Of a DNA stretch of 64,000 bases, positions 43,977-55,180 are shown one piece after another. Origin of the DNA: Candidatus Marinacidobacterales bacterium (GTDB taxonomy: Bacteria > Acidobacteriota > Vicinamibacteria > Marinacidobacterales > DATDRI01). The stretch is taken from contig CBDCNP010000002.1 in assembly GCA_965219415.1 (NCBI GenBank), positions 4,384,001 to 4,448,000 on the forward strand. The letters are read 5' to 3'. Each line of letters starts with the position of its first letter. Positions within the stretch are counted from its first letter, which is position 1. The translations under genes and the position numbers were made by a program. The notes under the pieces are model-generated. The model was not told the DNA's origin, did no database searches, and saw only the letters and a program-made list of their open reading frames with translations.

Positions 43977-44750
43977 ATGACAATCTCGGCACGTGGCCGC
44001 AAGCTGCTATGGGGACGTTCTGGCAGTCGGTGCGCCATGTGCCGGCGCGAACTGATCATGGATGGCACGTCGGTCGACGACGAATCAATCGTCGGCGACG
44101 AATGTCACATCGTATCCCCGGTTTCCGGCGGCCCCCGACATGATCCCGAATTCCCCCGAGAAAAGCTGAACGACCATGCCAACTTGCTGCTGCTATGCAA
44201 AATCCACCACAAGCTGATCGACGACCAGCAGTCGGAATACACCGCGTCTCGCCTTGCGAAGATCAAGACCGATCACGAAAAATGGGTTTCCGAACAATTG
44301 GATTCGTCCCGCTCGCGAACACAACCTTTGCGCGTCCGCCGGGTTGCGGAAAACACGCCTGCGTTCCTGCGACGCATCCGATCGGGCAAGGAACTTCTCG
44401 ACATCGCCACGAACGCCTGTGCCTTCACTCCTCACTACGACGAGCTCCGAAATGAAGCCGAAGAAGAGCTCGTCGCCGGTTTCTTCCAGGATGTCCAGGA
44501 TTGGGGTGACCTGGGACTGGAATCCGTGCGTGATCGAATACGTGCAGCCCGATCCCTCGACGAGCACATCGGAGAACTCGAACGAGCGGGATTCTGGATC
44601 TTTGGATATCGTGAGAAACAGATCCTCGAAGGCGGAACCGGTCCCAACACCGATTGGCCCATTGCGCACATTCAGGTGCTGCGCGACACCAATCCAGAGA
44701 TCATTGTCCTGGACGATTCCGCGAAAAAGGACGAGCCGGATGCGCCATGA
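43977..44750 (+). CDS. HNH endonuclease
   Basis: RKLLWGRSGSRCAMC...GDECHI...NLLLLCKIHHKLID. Confidence 0.85.
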   Translation: MTISARGRKLLWGRSGSRCAMCRRELIMDGTSVDDESIVGDECHIVSPVSGGPRHDPEFPREKLNDHANLLLLCKIHHKLIDDQQSEYTASRLAKIKTDHEKWVSEQLDSSRSRTQPLRVRRVAENTPAFLRRIRSGKELLDIATNACAFTPHYDELRNEAEEELVAGFFQDVQDWGDLGLESVRDRIRAARSLDEHIGELERAGFWIFGYREKQILEGGTGPNTDWPIAHIQVLRDTNPEIIVLDDSAKKDEPDAP

Positions 44751-44821
44751 GCCGACGCTGCGCGCGTCCTGCCGATCCGGCGCAATCCCATCTCCGAGAT
44801 CCAGGAGATCCACAAGAGTGC

Positions 44822-44971
44822 TGTGCCTTCTACTTATTCATCCGCGCGCACCGAACTTGATTAGTCTCCAGTCTGCCGGCATCATGCCTGCATGATTTCA
44901 TCGTTTGTTCGCGCTCTCATCTCTGCCTTCAAGGCTCGTCCCGAGCTAGCTCTCGAGAGTGTCGCTCTTCG
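44822..44971 (+). repeat. rve lineage-D left end with the transposase start
   Basis: TGTGCCTTCTACTTATTCATCCGC; MISSFVRALISAFKAR; also at 6313, 26819 (reverse) and 60975. Confidence 0.75.
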
Positions 44972-45169
44972 CACGTCTGGAGATTCAGGGTTTAGTCCGG
45001 CATCTGCTGGTAGCCGCTACGGCTCCATTCGCTTTTTCAGACACGACGGGCTCTGGAATGACCCGGTATAGTGTGGGCGGCTCTCGGCCAGTGGTCTCGG
45101 TGAGTTTCGGCTTGGGCGAGGCCCCCCATACCCACCCTTGCCCGTTTTTCCACGAAATCGAGGTGCGTA

Positions 45170-46957
45170 ATGGAGATTCGGAACCTCAACCAGCTTCTCT
45201 CGAACGCGGCGAAGAAGTACGACAAGCCGGACGCCCTCCTGTACAAGAAGAAGGGGGAGTGGCGGCGGATCTCCTCGCGCGAGCTCATCGAAAAGGCAGG
45301 CAACTTGGCACTCGGGCTGAACGGCCTGGGTATCGGCCGGGGCGACAAGGTCACTCTCCTCTCGGAGAACCGCCACGAGTGGTTCATTATCGATGCCTCC
45401 CTCCAGATCCTGGGCGCGGTCAACGTGCCGATCTACGCGACGCTCCCGCCTCCTCAGATCACCTACATCGTCTCGAACTCCGAGTCGAAGGTCGTTATCG
45501 CCTCGACCGCCGACCAGCAAAAGAAAATCGCCGCCATCCGTTCGGACCTCCCTTCGGTCGGACACTACATCACTATCGATCCGCCGACGGACGGCTACCA
45601 GGCGCTCACCCTTGACGAGGTGATGAAACAGGGCCAAGAGAACCGGAGGGCAAAACCCGATCTCGTCGGCGAGCTATCGGATGCGGTCGACTCCGACGAT
45701 CTCGCCAGCATCATCTATACGTCGGGAACGACCGGAGATCCGAAGGGCGTCATGCTCACCCACCGCAACCTGCTCTCGAACGTTGCGGCCAGCCAGAAGG
45801 CGCTCCCGGTCGAGGACACGGACGTTGCGCTCTCGGTGCTTCCCTATAGCCATGTCTTCGAGCGCATGGTGGCGCATTACCTGTACGCCAACGGGGGTGC
45901 CACCGTGGCGCTCGCGGAGGGCCAGGAGAAACTCCTGGAGAACCTCGGTGAGATCCGCCCTACCATCATGACGATGGTGCCTCGGTTCTACGAGAAGGTC
46001 TACGCCGGTGTGATGGAGAAAGTCGCTGCGGGGAGCGCGCTGAAGCAGAAGATCTTTCACTGGGCGGTCGCGATCGGACGCGAGCACGGGAAGTACCGGC
46101 AACGCGGCGAGCCGGCCCCGGCGCTCCTGAACGTCAAATACGCGCTCGCCTCCAGGCTCGCTTTCGCAAAGCTGCACGCCCGCGTCGGCGGCCGGCTGCG
46201 GTTCTTCATCTCGGGCGCGGCCCCGCTCGCGAGAGAGTTCGCAGAGTTCTTCTGGGCGGCGGGGCTGCAGATCCTGGAGGGCTATGGGCTGACGGAAACC
46301 TCGCCGGTCATCTCCGTCAACCGTCCCGATGCCTTCAAGTTCGGGACGGTAGGACAGCCCGTCGAGGGAGTCGAGGTCAGGATCGCGAAGGATGGAGAGA
46401 TCCTGGTCCGTGGGCCCAACGTCATGAAGGGCTACTACAAGAACGAGGCAGCCACTCGAGAGGCCATTGACGAGGACGACTTCTTCCATACCGGTGACGT
46501 AGGGGTTCTCGACTCAGACGGGTTTCTTGCCATCACCGACCGCAAGAAGGACCTCATCGTTACCGCGGGAGGCAAGAACATCGCTCCCCAGCCCATCGAG
46601 GGCCGCGTCAAGACGAACGCTTACATTGCGGAGTTCGTCCTGGTGGGCAACAAGCGGAAGTTCCCGGCAGCGATCGTGGTGCCTGATTTCGAGAAGCTCG
46701 GTGCCTGGTGCAAGGAGCAATCCATCGACGCCTCCGACCGGAACTCGATGACCGGTCATCCCGATGTGATCGCTTTCATGGAGAGCCAAGTACAGTCGAT
46801 GACCTCGCACCTCGCGCAGTTCGAGAAGATCAAGAAGATCACCCTGATAGCAACGGAATTCACTCTGGAGGGCGGGGAGCTGACGCCGACGCTCAAGGTG
46901 AAACGAAAGGTTATCGAGGCCCGTTACAAGGACGTCATCGATCGGATGTACGAGTGA
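45170..46957 (+). CDS. Long-chain fatty acid-CoA ligase
   Basis: YTSGTTGDPKG, GYGLTETSP, FHTGDVG, DRKKD, LTPTLKVKR. Confidence 0.93.
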   Translation: MEIRNLNQLLSNAAKKYDKPDALLYKKKGEWRRISSRELIEKAGNLALGLNGLGIGRGDKVTLLSENRHEWFIIDASLQILGAVNVPIYATLPPPQITYIVSNSESKVVIASTADQQKKIAAIRSDLPSVGHYITIDPPTDGYQALTLDEVMKQGQENRRAKPDLVGELSDAVDSDDLASIIYTSGTTGDPKGVMLTHRNLLSNVAASQKALPVEDTDVALSVLPYSHVFERMVAHYLYANGGATVALAEGQEKLLENLGEIRPTIMTMVPRFYEKVYAGVMEKVAAGSALKQKIFHWAVAIGREHGKYRQRGEPAPALLNVKYALASRLAFAKLHARVGGRLRFFISGAAPLAREFAEFFWAAGLQILEGYGLTETSPVISVNRPDAFKFGTVGQPVEGVEVRIAKDGEILVRGPNVMKGYYKNEAATREAIDEDDFFHTGDVGVLDSDGFLAITDRKKDLIVTAGGKNIAPQPIEGRVKTNAYIAEFVLVGNKRKFPAAIVVPDFEKLGAWCKEQSIDASDRNSMTGHPDVIAFMESQVQSMTSHLAQFEKIKKITLIATEFTLEGGELTPTLKVKRKVIEARYKDVIDRMYE

Positions 46958-46959
46958 CG

Positions 46960-47031
46960 ATGTCCGGCTACGAGACCGTCATCGGCCTCGAGCTCCACGC
47001 TCAGCTCAGGACAGAGACCAAGCTTTTCTGA
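46960..47031 (+). pseudogene. gatB: First 23 codons of GatB
   Basis: MSGYETVIGLELHAQLRTETKLF then stop. Confidence 0.7.
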
Positions 47032-47066
47032 GGGGTTTACGTGAAGAAGAAACTGGCGATTCCCGC

Positions 47067-48708
47067 TGTGCATCGTCAAAACTGCTCCGCCCACGAAATC
47101 AAGGACTTACGCTCCGCTTGAATTCCGGGCCGAAGACGGCGAAACTCCGCCGTTATGCTCGACGTTGTTGTCTTCCTCGTCTCACTTGGCGTCCGTGTCA
47201 TTCGGGCGATGTGTCGGCGCCGCGCCGACCTGGTGTTGGAGAACGTCGCTTTGCGGCAGCAAGTGACGGCGCTGAAGAAAGAGCGCCCACGCCCACCGCT
47301 CGAAGACACGGAACGGGCTTTCTGGGTTGCTCTTCGAGGTTCGTGGCCCGTGTGGGCGAGCCGCCTGCTCATCGTCCACGCGGACACCGTGGCCCGTTGG
47401 CATCGCGACCGATTCCGACGGTTGTGCATCGGTCAAAACTGCTCCGCCCACGAAATCAAGGACTTACGCTCCGCTTGAATTCCGGGCCGAAGACGGCGAA
47501 ACTCCGCCGTTATGCTCAACGTTGTTGTCTTCCTCGTCTCACTTGGCGTCCGTGTCATTCGGGCGATGTGTCGGCGCCGCGCCGACCTGGTGTTGGAGAA
47601 CGTCGCTTTGCGGCAGCAAGTGACGGCGCTGAAGAAAGAGCGCCCACGCCCACCGCTCGAAGACACGGAACGGGCTTTCTGGGTTGCTCTTCGAGGTTCG
47701 TGGCCCGTGTGGGCGAGCCGCCTGCTCATCGTCCACGCGGACACCGTGGCCCGTTGGCATCGCGACCGATTCCGACGGTACTGGGCAAAGATCTCGCAGC
47801 GCCGCCATCCCGGTCGGCCTCGGATTGATGCCGAGATTCGCCGCCTCGTCCGCACGATGGCGCAAGACGGCTGGGGGGCGCCACGCATCCATGCTGAGCT
47901 CACCAAACTCGGTTTCATCATCTCCGAGATTACGGTGTCGCGATACCTGCCGCGGCGTCCCGCGGAGCCCGACCAGCTGAAGCGATGGATGGCTTTCTTG
48001 CGCAACCATAAAGACGATATCGCCGCCATGGATCTGTTCACCGTGCCCACCGCGTCGCTCCGGCTGCTGTACGGCTTCTTCGTCATCGAGCACGGCCGTC
48101 GGCACATCGTTCACTTCAACGCCACCTTCCACCCGACGTCTGCTTGGGTTATTCAGCAACTGCGTGAGGTGTTTCCCTACGACACCGCTCCGAAATATCT
48201 CATCTTCGATCGCGACTTCATCTTTAGCGCTGCGGTCATCGAGTTCATCAAGGCAACGGGCACAAAACCCGTTCGCACTTCGTTTCGCAGCCCATGGCAA
48301 AACGGAACCGCGGAGCGGTGGGTCGGCAGCTGCCGTCGCGAGCTCCTTGAGCACGTCGTGGTTCTCGGCGCATGTCATCTCATCCGGCTCGTGCGAGCTT
48401 ACATCAGCTACTATCATGAGGACCGTTGCCACTTGGGGCTGAACAAGGACACACCGAGCTTGAGAGCGGTCACGCACCGACCGTCTCCTACGGCGAAAGT
48501 CGTCGCGCTGCCTCGAGTCGGTGGACTGCACCATCGATACGAGTGGCGAGAGGCAGCCTGAGTCAGCTTGGTCGCTCGCGCTACTCGGCTGGTCGCCGAG
48601 AAGTTCGTCCTCAGAACCTTCCCTCGCGCGCTGACCACGCTCTCCAGCATGAGCTCGAGGGCAGTCCGGGCCTAGAGTCCAGTCCCGGACAAATAATGAT
48701 GATGGACA
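47067..48708 (+). mobile_element. rve lineage A: 5' fragment (47067-47422) followed by a complete copy (47423-48708, CDS 47512-48561)
   Basis: Two TGTGCATC left ends, one TGATGATGGACA right end. Confidence 0.9.
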
Positions 48709-48950
48709 CCATAAATCAGCAGCTTAGTGTCTGTGTTTGAGATTCTTGAGTGCGCCTGCAGGCCCCGGTGGTCCGCGCCCCCTGGACCGAGCTCTCGCGG
48801 CACTTTCAGACAGCATAGCATCGCAGCTTTGCTCGATAGGAGCGGATCGGACTCAAGCAGTGCGTCGAGTGTAATCGAGGATAGAGATTGTGGTCCTATT
48901 TCAAAACGGCCGAGTTTTGGCACAGGACGGGCAATCATGCAGCAAAACCC

Positions 48951-51134
48951 CTATTCTCGGGACAGGGCCGCTTTAACGGCGGTCCATCGCTGATCACTCC
49001 GCTGGAGCTCCCTTACATTCCTGCCCGCAAGCCAGGATTTGAAATACGGCAGGTTAAACAAGTCCAGGGTAACGCGCTTGCGGCACGTCTCTGGAAGGAG
49101 TCGATGATAGGGTCCGGGCGCCAAAGTAGCTTCCACAGATTCGAATAGTGATTCCACTATTTCAAGCAGGCGTCTTTCGCACGAGGCAGCTCTCTGTTGC
49201 TGGTCGTTGGATGGGTGGCCCGCAACTGCAAGTCCGCCCAATCCCGCCAAGGGCCGAAGAGACGGCAGGAGGCTCAACAGTACAGTCTCGTATGCGCTGC
49301 CACCAAAATGCAGCCAGATGGAATCTCCGTCGAGTGAAACAATCGGCGCGTCTGATTCTTGGAAGCCCAGACCGCGCCGCACGTGAACGGCATACTCAAA
49401 TGGCGTTGGCGCTTTGCGGTCCGCATACCGAAATCCCTGGCGTGGTCGGTCCACTCTATGGGCGGTTAGAAGTATTTCGCCATCTACGTAGCGCGCGTTC
49501 CATACTTGGCCGCCCAACGCAAGACCCTTGTCGATGTCAGGTCGCTGCGCAACGTGAGCGATCACTTCACCGGTGCTGGAGTCCACGACCGGGACACCGG
49601 TTGCTGACGATTCCAGGTTGGCGTGCATGCCGCTCGAACCCTCAGCGAAAGCGTCGGCCCAGAGCTCTCCAAGGGTCAGTCGCCTCATATGTTCTTCGAG
49701 ATAATCTGTTCCGAGCAGTCTTTGGATTATCTCCTCAGCGGTTTGGGGAGTCGCCTCGGGCCACACATCCTGTGCCAATTTCAACAAGTCTTCGAACCGA
49801 CGACCTCGCGGGCGGCCTTGGGCGATAAAACTGGCGGTCTGCTGGATGAACACGGACCAGCGCCGGGCGTAACTTTTCGGCTCCAGCATCCCGTCTCGTG
49901 CAGACACAAGCATGGACGCAAAAGCGGCACGCTCCATTTCGGTGCGCGGCAGGGCGAGCACTCTTGTACGCCCGATCCTCCGGCCCGCGCGTCCAATACG
50001 TTGCAGCAGAGAATGCGTTCCGGACGGTGCACCGACCAAGGCCACGAGATCCACATCCCCGATATCCACACCCACTTCCAGAGTAGTCGTCGTCACCAGC
50101 ACGACATCGCGAGCCGACGAAAACGTCTGCTCTGCCTGCTGTCTTCTATCGCGGTTCAGGCTACCGTGGTGAGCGAGCACACGGATGTCGCGACGGTGTG
50201 GGAGAGTCGCCGACAGGTGCGCCGAAAGTAAGTCGCAAAGCTTGCGGGTTGGGACGAACACGAGAATCTTGCGCATCATCTCGGAATCGACGCCCGACAA
50301 CGCCAGCCAAAGACGGTACTCGACGCTCTCGCCCAAGTTTTCCGGCGGGACCGGCCCGAGACGCCGTTTCAACGTCGATGCGGTATCGTCAGCCATTAGC
50401 TGGACCCAATGCGGTTCACCGGACGTATCAAAGATATCAATCTCTCTTGTGCCGGCGACCCGTACAGCCACGGCCCGGGGACTGAGCAATCGTTTCGCCA
50501 GCGCATCAGGATCACTTACGGTCGCACTGGCAGCGCAGACCTGGAGCCGGCCGTCCTCGCCAAATTCTTCGTCCATTAACAACTGCCTGAGGCGCCGCAA
50601 CCGGGCTAGCAGCCAGCATAGCTGGTCGCCTCTCGCTGTGCCGTCGAACAAGTGCGCTTCGTCGACGAAGACCGCACTTACGCCCGCGAGGAGATGCCCC
50701 GTGAGTCTTCCGCCTGTGACTGTTCCGTCACGTACGAGCATCGAGTCGAAAGACTCTGGGGTCGTGATTAATGTAAACGGCCGTCTTGCTTTGTTCCGGT
50801 GATCGCTCGTCTGACGCCCACAGCTCAAATCCATCCGCGTCAGCGGGTCGTCGAGGCGCGCTGCGAGATCGTTGACCAACGCTCGTGTCGGCGCTACAAC
50901 GAGCAGCCGGACCGCTCCCACCCTTGGGATACCAAGGTTGAGGATGCGAGCGAGCAACGGCGCCATGATCGCCTCGGTCTTTCCGGACGCTGTCGCAGAC
51001 GTAACGAGGGTGTCTCGCCCCGCGTAGATCTGGATTGTAGCCTCCCGTTGGACCTCCCGCAGTCTCCAAAACTTGCCGAAGAAAGCCCATCCAACGGGGC
51101 CTAAGTGGTCGACGATCTCGGCGTCAGTCGCCAT
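48951..51134 (-). CDS. Lhr-like DEAH-box helicase (BrxHI/SngC-like)
   Basis: ATASGKTEA, PTRALVND, TTPES, DEAH, SAT, HHGSL, QRIGRAGR. Confidence 0.9.
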   Translation of the reverse strand: MATDAEIVDHLGPVGWAFFGKFWRLREVQREATIQIYAGRDTLVTSATASGKTEAIMAPLLARILNLGIPRVGAVRLLVVAPTRALVNDLAARLDDPLTRMDLSCGRQTSDHRNKARRPFTLITTPESFDSMLVRDGTVTGGRLTGHLLAGVSAVFVDEAHLFDGTARGDQLCWLLARLRRLRQLLMDEEFGEDGRLQVCAASATVSDPDALAKRLLSPRAVAVRVAGTREIDIFDTSGEPHWVQLMADDTASTLKRRLGPVPPENLGESVEYRLWLALSGVDSEMMRKILVFVPTRKLCDLLSAHLSATLPHRRDIRVLAHHGSLNRDRRQQAEQTFSSARDVVLVTTTTLEVGVDIGDVDLVALVGAPSGTHSLLQRIGRAGRRIGRTRVLALPRTEMERAAFASMLVSARDGMLEPKSYARRWSVFIQQTASFIAQGRPRGRRFEDLLKLAQDVWPEATPQTAEEIIQRLLGTDYLEEHMRRLTLGELWADAFAEGSSGMHANLESSATGVPVVDSSTGEVIAHVAQRPDIDKGLALGGQVWNARYVDGEILLTAHRVDRPRQGFRYADRKAPTPFEYAVHVRRGLGFQESDAPIVSLDGDSIWLHFGGSAYETVLLSLLPSLRPLAGLGGLAVAGHPSNDQQQRAASCERRLLEIVESLFESVEATLAPGPYHRLLPETCRKRVTLDLFNLPYFKSWLAGRNVRELQRSDQRWTAVKAALSRE

Positions 51135-51158
51135 CTCTCACAGAACGCCAGGCTTGCA

Positions 51159-52547
51159 TCAAGCTGTCTTCTCCTGGTTTAGCAAAACTGGCGCAACATC
51201 AAGCAGCTCAAGGGTCCGGCGTAAGAAGTTACGCGGGACTGGACTGCTCACGTTCTTCAAATAGGATTCAGCATGTGCGTCGAGCATCTCCGTGAGCCTA
51301 TTCCGGTCAATCGCCGTCATGTGCTCAGGATATGCGCGCCCATAGAGGTCGAGGATCCTGCATGCGAGCCCACGCATTTGATGAAGGTTAGGTTGTGGAG
51401 CTTGGATGATCTCCAAACCAGACTCGCCGATCTGCCGCGTCAGGTCGCGAACCGGGTCGTCGTGCTCCGAGACGTCCCCGCTGCCAGGTGCGCTACCGAA
51501 TGCGACGACGAGAGGCAACTTACTCCTAAGGTGCTCGTGCAAAGCTAACAAGAGAGTTGTCCGCCGTCTGCGTTCCTCTCGCCGCGCCGCGGCCCAGCCA
51601 ATCGTGCTTGCGTACTCAACATCCACTTCGTCGACAATTAACACCAACCCCTTAGCTCCGGTCTGCGTGACAAGCTCCGTCCATCCCTGGACATGCTCGA
51701 AGAAACGGCCCGCGCGCTCACTGACGCTCCTGACATCTAATGATGGCAGCCTCGCTCGCAGATGCCCGAGTCTAGAAAGTCTTTGATTAGCCTGTGTAGC
51801 CGACAAACTAAGCGTGAAATAGTCTTCGAGAGCCAGCAGGACCTCTGGCTCGTCAAGTGCCCGCTCGGGCACTGCAGAGATTGCGTTTGCGATCCTAATT
51901 CCACCAGGATAGCGAGGTTTCCATCGAATCTTGGAGCGGCGTAATTCCTTAAGCCTGCTGCCGATACCGCAGGGCACAGGCTCTCCAGGATACCTGAGTG
52001 AGCTGAGGAAAGCCTTCATCAGCTCCTTGGGATCTGATAGCCTCACTCCGTCGCCATCAAGAATGACGGAGCTTGTCGCCATTCCCTGGATTGCTGCGAT
52101 GGCATTGAGCATCGTCAACAGGTGAGTCTTCCCACTGCCCCAAGCACCCTCGACTAGGATGGCGCTCGCTTGCTGTTGAACAGCACCCAAGACGACGGCC
52201 TGGAGTTTCTCCTTTACCTCCTCAGTTCCTACGCTGAGCGAGAGTACATGCCGTTCGAGGACTTGGCCGAGTCTGAGCGCCAGCAGGCCACGCCGCGCAT
52301 CCATCATGTCTTCTGGCAACGACGACGAGGCCTGGGATGTTTCCCGAACTCCGCCCCTTGGGTCTTGCGAAACGGGTGGCGAGACATCTAGTTCATCAGA
52401 CCTTTTCTCTCCAAGTTCGACTGCCGATACCCAATCCACCATGTAACCGAAGTCCACGTTCGCGCCAGCCTGTCCGCCCTTCGTGTAAATGGCGACGACT
52501 GTGCCCTCGCCGAGCGATGGATGTAGGACCTTGTCGCCAGCCTTCAT
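51159..52547 (-). CDS. P-loop ATPase, BrxD/DUF2791-like, with an N-terminal Tudor-like domain
   Basis: ALRLGQV, GAWGSGKTHLL, GLVLIVDEVD, PRNFLRR.LELLD; N-terminus GDKVLHPSLGEGTVV. Confidence 0.75.
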   Translation of the reverse strand: MKAGDKVLHPSLGEGTVVAIYTKGGQAGANVDFGYMVDWVSAVELGEKRSDELDVSPPVSQDPRGGVRETSQASSSLPEDMMDARRGLLALRLGQVLERHVLSLSVGTEEVKEKLQAVVLGAVQQQASAILVEGAWGSGKTHLLTMLNAIAAIQGMATSSVILDGDGVRLSDPKELMKAFLSSLRYPGEPVPCGIGSRLKELRRSKIRWKPRYPGGIRIANAISAVPERALDEPEVLLALEDYFTLSLSATQANQRLSRLGHLRARLPSLDVRSVSERAGRFFEHVQGWTELVTQTGAKGLVLIVDEVDVEYASTIGWAAARREERRRRTTLLLALHEHLRSKLPLVVAFGSAPGSGDVSEHDDPVRDLTRQIGESGLEIIQAPQPNLHQMRGLACRILDLYGRAYPEHMTAIDRNRLTEMLDAHAESYLKNVSSPVPRNFLRRTLELLDVAPVLLNQEKTA

Positions 52548-52832
52548 GGCTCAAAGTCATCAGAGTCGGCGCGACGCAGCGAATCGAAGGAGCCCTGGTA
52601 ACGCCGGGATAGTTCATCCGGATCAAACTTCCGCTCACCTGTGACGTTTTGTAACTCAAGAAGGCTTACCCAGGTTTTCACATAGAGCCGTCGCGCATCA
52701 ACGTCGAGGTTCCGTTCGGCGGCAATCGCGGCCAAACGAGTCGCATTTTCTGCCTGCATGTCGGAATCGAACTCGCGCCCGGTGGCCAGGGAACCGACGT
52801 TGATCAGCTTCTGCCCGATGGCGGCGAGCAGC
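52544..52832 (-). pseudogene. C-terminal fragment of an upstream gene, probably a second BrxD-like ATPase, cut by IS5
   Basis: LLAAIGQKL...ARRLYVKTWVSLLE; its TGA overlaps the next ATG. Confidence 0.55.
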
Positions 52833-53919
52833 GGCGTTGTTGCACCGCTCTTGGCTGAGCGCGAAATCTACCTATGGTGGTGGCCGAGGTAATGTTCGAC
52901 CATGAAGTATCCCAAGCGCAGCCAGTACAAACACGCGAAACAGAAGAAGTACCACGTTTCCAACTGGGCGGAATACAACGAAGGGCTGCGCCGCCGGGGC
53001 GATTTGAAGGTCTGGTTTGACGAGGAGGCAATCGCGAACTGGAAGGCCGACAAGAGCGGTAAGCCTGGCGGTCAACGGGTCTATTCAGAGATGGCGATTG
53101 AAACGGGCCTGGTTGTCCGGATGGTGTACAAGCTTGCCTACCGCCAAACCGAAGGCTTCTTGCACTCGATCGCCTCGCTTCTCCGGCTGTGTATCGAGAT
53201 CCCGGACTACTCGACGTTGTGTCGGCGGTCGAGGCTGCTCCGCAAGAAGCTGCGGATTCGAAAAGCCGCAAGCAATCAACCAATCCACCTGATGATCGAT
53301 AGCACGGGCTTGAGGATTCATGTTGGAACCACCCGCAAACCGCCAAAGCAGCGCGCCTGGCGCAAGTTGCACATCGCCGTTGATCGCAAGACCGGCAACA
53401 TTGTTGCGTCCGAACTGACGGCGTCACGAGCTCGCGACGCAACGCGAGTCCCCCCTTTGCTAACACAGATTCAAGCACCTATAGCGTCGGTGGCGGCGGA
53501 CAGTGCATACGACAAGGAAGCGGTCTACGAAGCCATCGAAGCGCACAGCCCTGGACGAAGGACGCGCGTGGTGATTCCGCCGCAACGAAACGCCACGCTC
53601 AGTCAGAATTCGAACACCGCCATGCGGGAACGCGACCGCCATATTCGTGCAATCGAAAGACACGGCCGACGTGAATGGTACAAGCTCTCAGGCTGCACCG
53701 AGCGAAGCATGGTGGAGAACGCGGTCTATCGTTACAAGGCGATCATGGGGCCCGAGATGCGGGCTCGAACGTTGGCGAGGCAACGAGTTGAACACCGAAT
53801 TGGGTGTGAGATACTCAACAAGATGACCGCGCTCGGCATGCCCGATACTTACTGCGCCGGGTGACTCTCCGACCGGCACAGGGAGGTCAGCGATTTGCGC
53901 CGGGCCGTGCAACAACGCC
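52833..53919 (+). mobile_element. IS5-family (IS903-like) element, CDS 52902-53864
   Basis: TIRs GGCGTTGTTGCAC / GTGCAACAACGCC; NWAEYNEGLRRRG, PDYSTLCRR, IDSTG, WRKLH, ADSAYD; no TSD. Confidence 0.9.
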
Positions 53920-54917
53920 GCAGCAGCCTCCTCGAAGCGATTCTCCGCGAGAAGCTCCTGGCCTTTACCGAATGAGGCCGTCGCCCGCATTTTCTGCTCA
54001 CGCCGCCGCGCCTCCTGATCACTCTGGGACTTGAACCGCTCGAGATGAGCCCGTGCTTCTTCGGTGCGTCCTTGTTGGTTCAGAAGTTTCCCCAGTGCGA
54101 ACGAGGCTTCCGACATCTCGGGCGAAAGCTCGGACGCCCGTCGGAATGCGGTCATCGCTTCTTCCGGCTGCCCACGCTTCTCTAAGAGCATTCCGAGCTC
54201 GTAATGCGCCCTCGCGTTCTCGGGATCGAGCGCGAGCGCTTTCTGATAGCTCTCCAAGGCTAAAGCGATGGCATCTCGTTGCTTCGCCTCTAAACGAGCC
54301 CGAAGCAACCAACCCCCGGCATGATCCGACTCCGAACGAAGCAGACGTTCGAGCACCCCCAGCGCCTCAGTCGTCTGATCCTGCTCGCCCAATGCACCGG
54401 CCAGATAGTAGAGGGCGTTTGGATCGTCCGGGTTCATCTCGAGAAACGAGCCTAAGGCGCGCGCGGATTTGTCGAACTCTTCACCTCGAAGGTAAGAGAT
54501 TCCGAGACTCAAATACGCTTGGCTCAAAGCGGGGTCCAGACGGATAGAGTTCTCATAACCCGCTATCGCCTCGCTCATGTTTCCCAAGGTGTCAAAGATC
54601 GCGCCCCGGAGAAAATGATAGGGCGCCTTGTCCGGATCCAGCACCAGCGCTTGTTCCACCGCCGCTAAGGCGTCGAGAAGCAACTCCTGTTCGAAAAGAA
54701 CGCGGGCCAGGACGTAATGAACACCGGAGGAATCCGGCCTGATGCGGGCCGCTTGCCGAAAGGCGGTGGCCGCCTCTTCGAGGCGTCCTTCCCGGCGGGC
54801 CTCGAGGGCTTGTGTCATGAGAGTTTCAAAGTCACGGGCTTCCTGCTTGCCGGCGCACGGCACAACCAGCAACAGCAAACAAACCATCTGGATGGAGAAC
54901 GGCTGGAGTATCGCCAT
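53920..54917 (-). pseudogene. Secreted multi-TPR protein, C-terminus cut by IS5
   Basis: Hydrophobic signal-like segment, about eight TPR repeats. Confidence 0.8.
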
Positions 54918-55063
54918 AAGAGGAGACTCCCTGGGCCTTACCGGGGGCGCCCTGAACAATATTCTAGCAGCTCTTGCCGATCCACCGGCGCTCTAGAATC
55001 TGCTCCGCGCGTGTCTGTCTTGGAGCTTTTGCGCCTACGCTTGCCTCCCCGGCAGGATTCTAA

Positions 55064-55172
55064 GATACTCCTCGACATGATCGAGCGAGGTAAGCTGGGA
55101 AGGAAATCAGGAGCGGGTTTCTATAATTATCCCAACCCCGCCTTCGAGAAACCGGGCTGGCTCAAAGGCTAG
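55064..55172 (+). pseudogene. 3-hydroxyacyl-CoA dehydrogenase C-terminal remnant
   Basis: DMIERGKLGRKSGAGFYNYPNP. Confidence 0.7.
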
Positions 55173-55180
55173 CCGCTTAC

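Noticed and set aside
53688-54959. 423-aa ORF as an intact TPR protein
   Set aside because: The last ~77 residues are read-through into the IS5 antisense strand.
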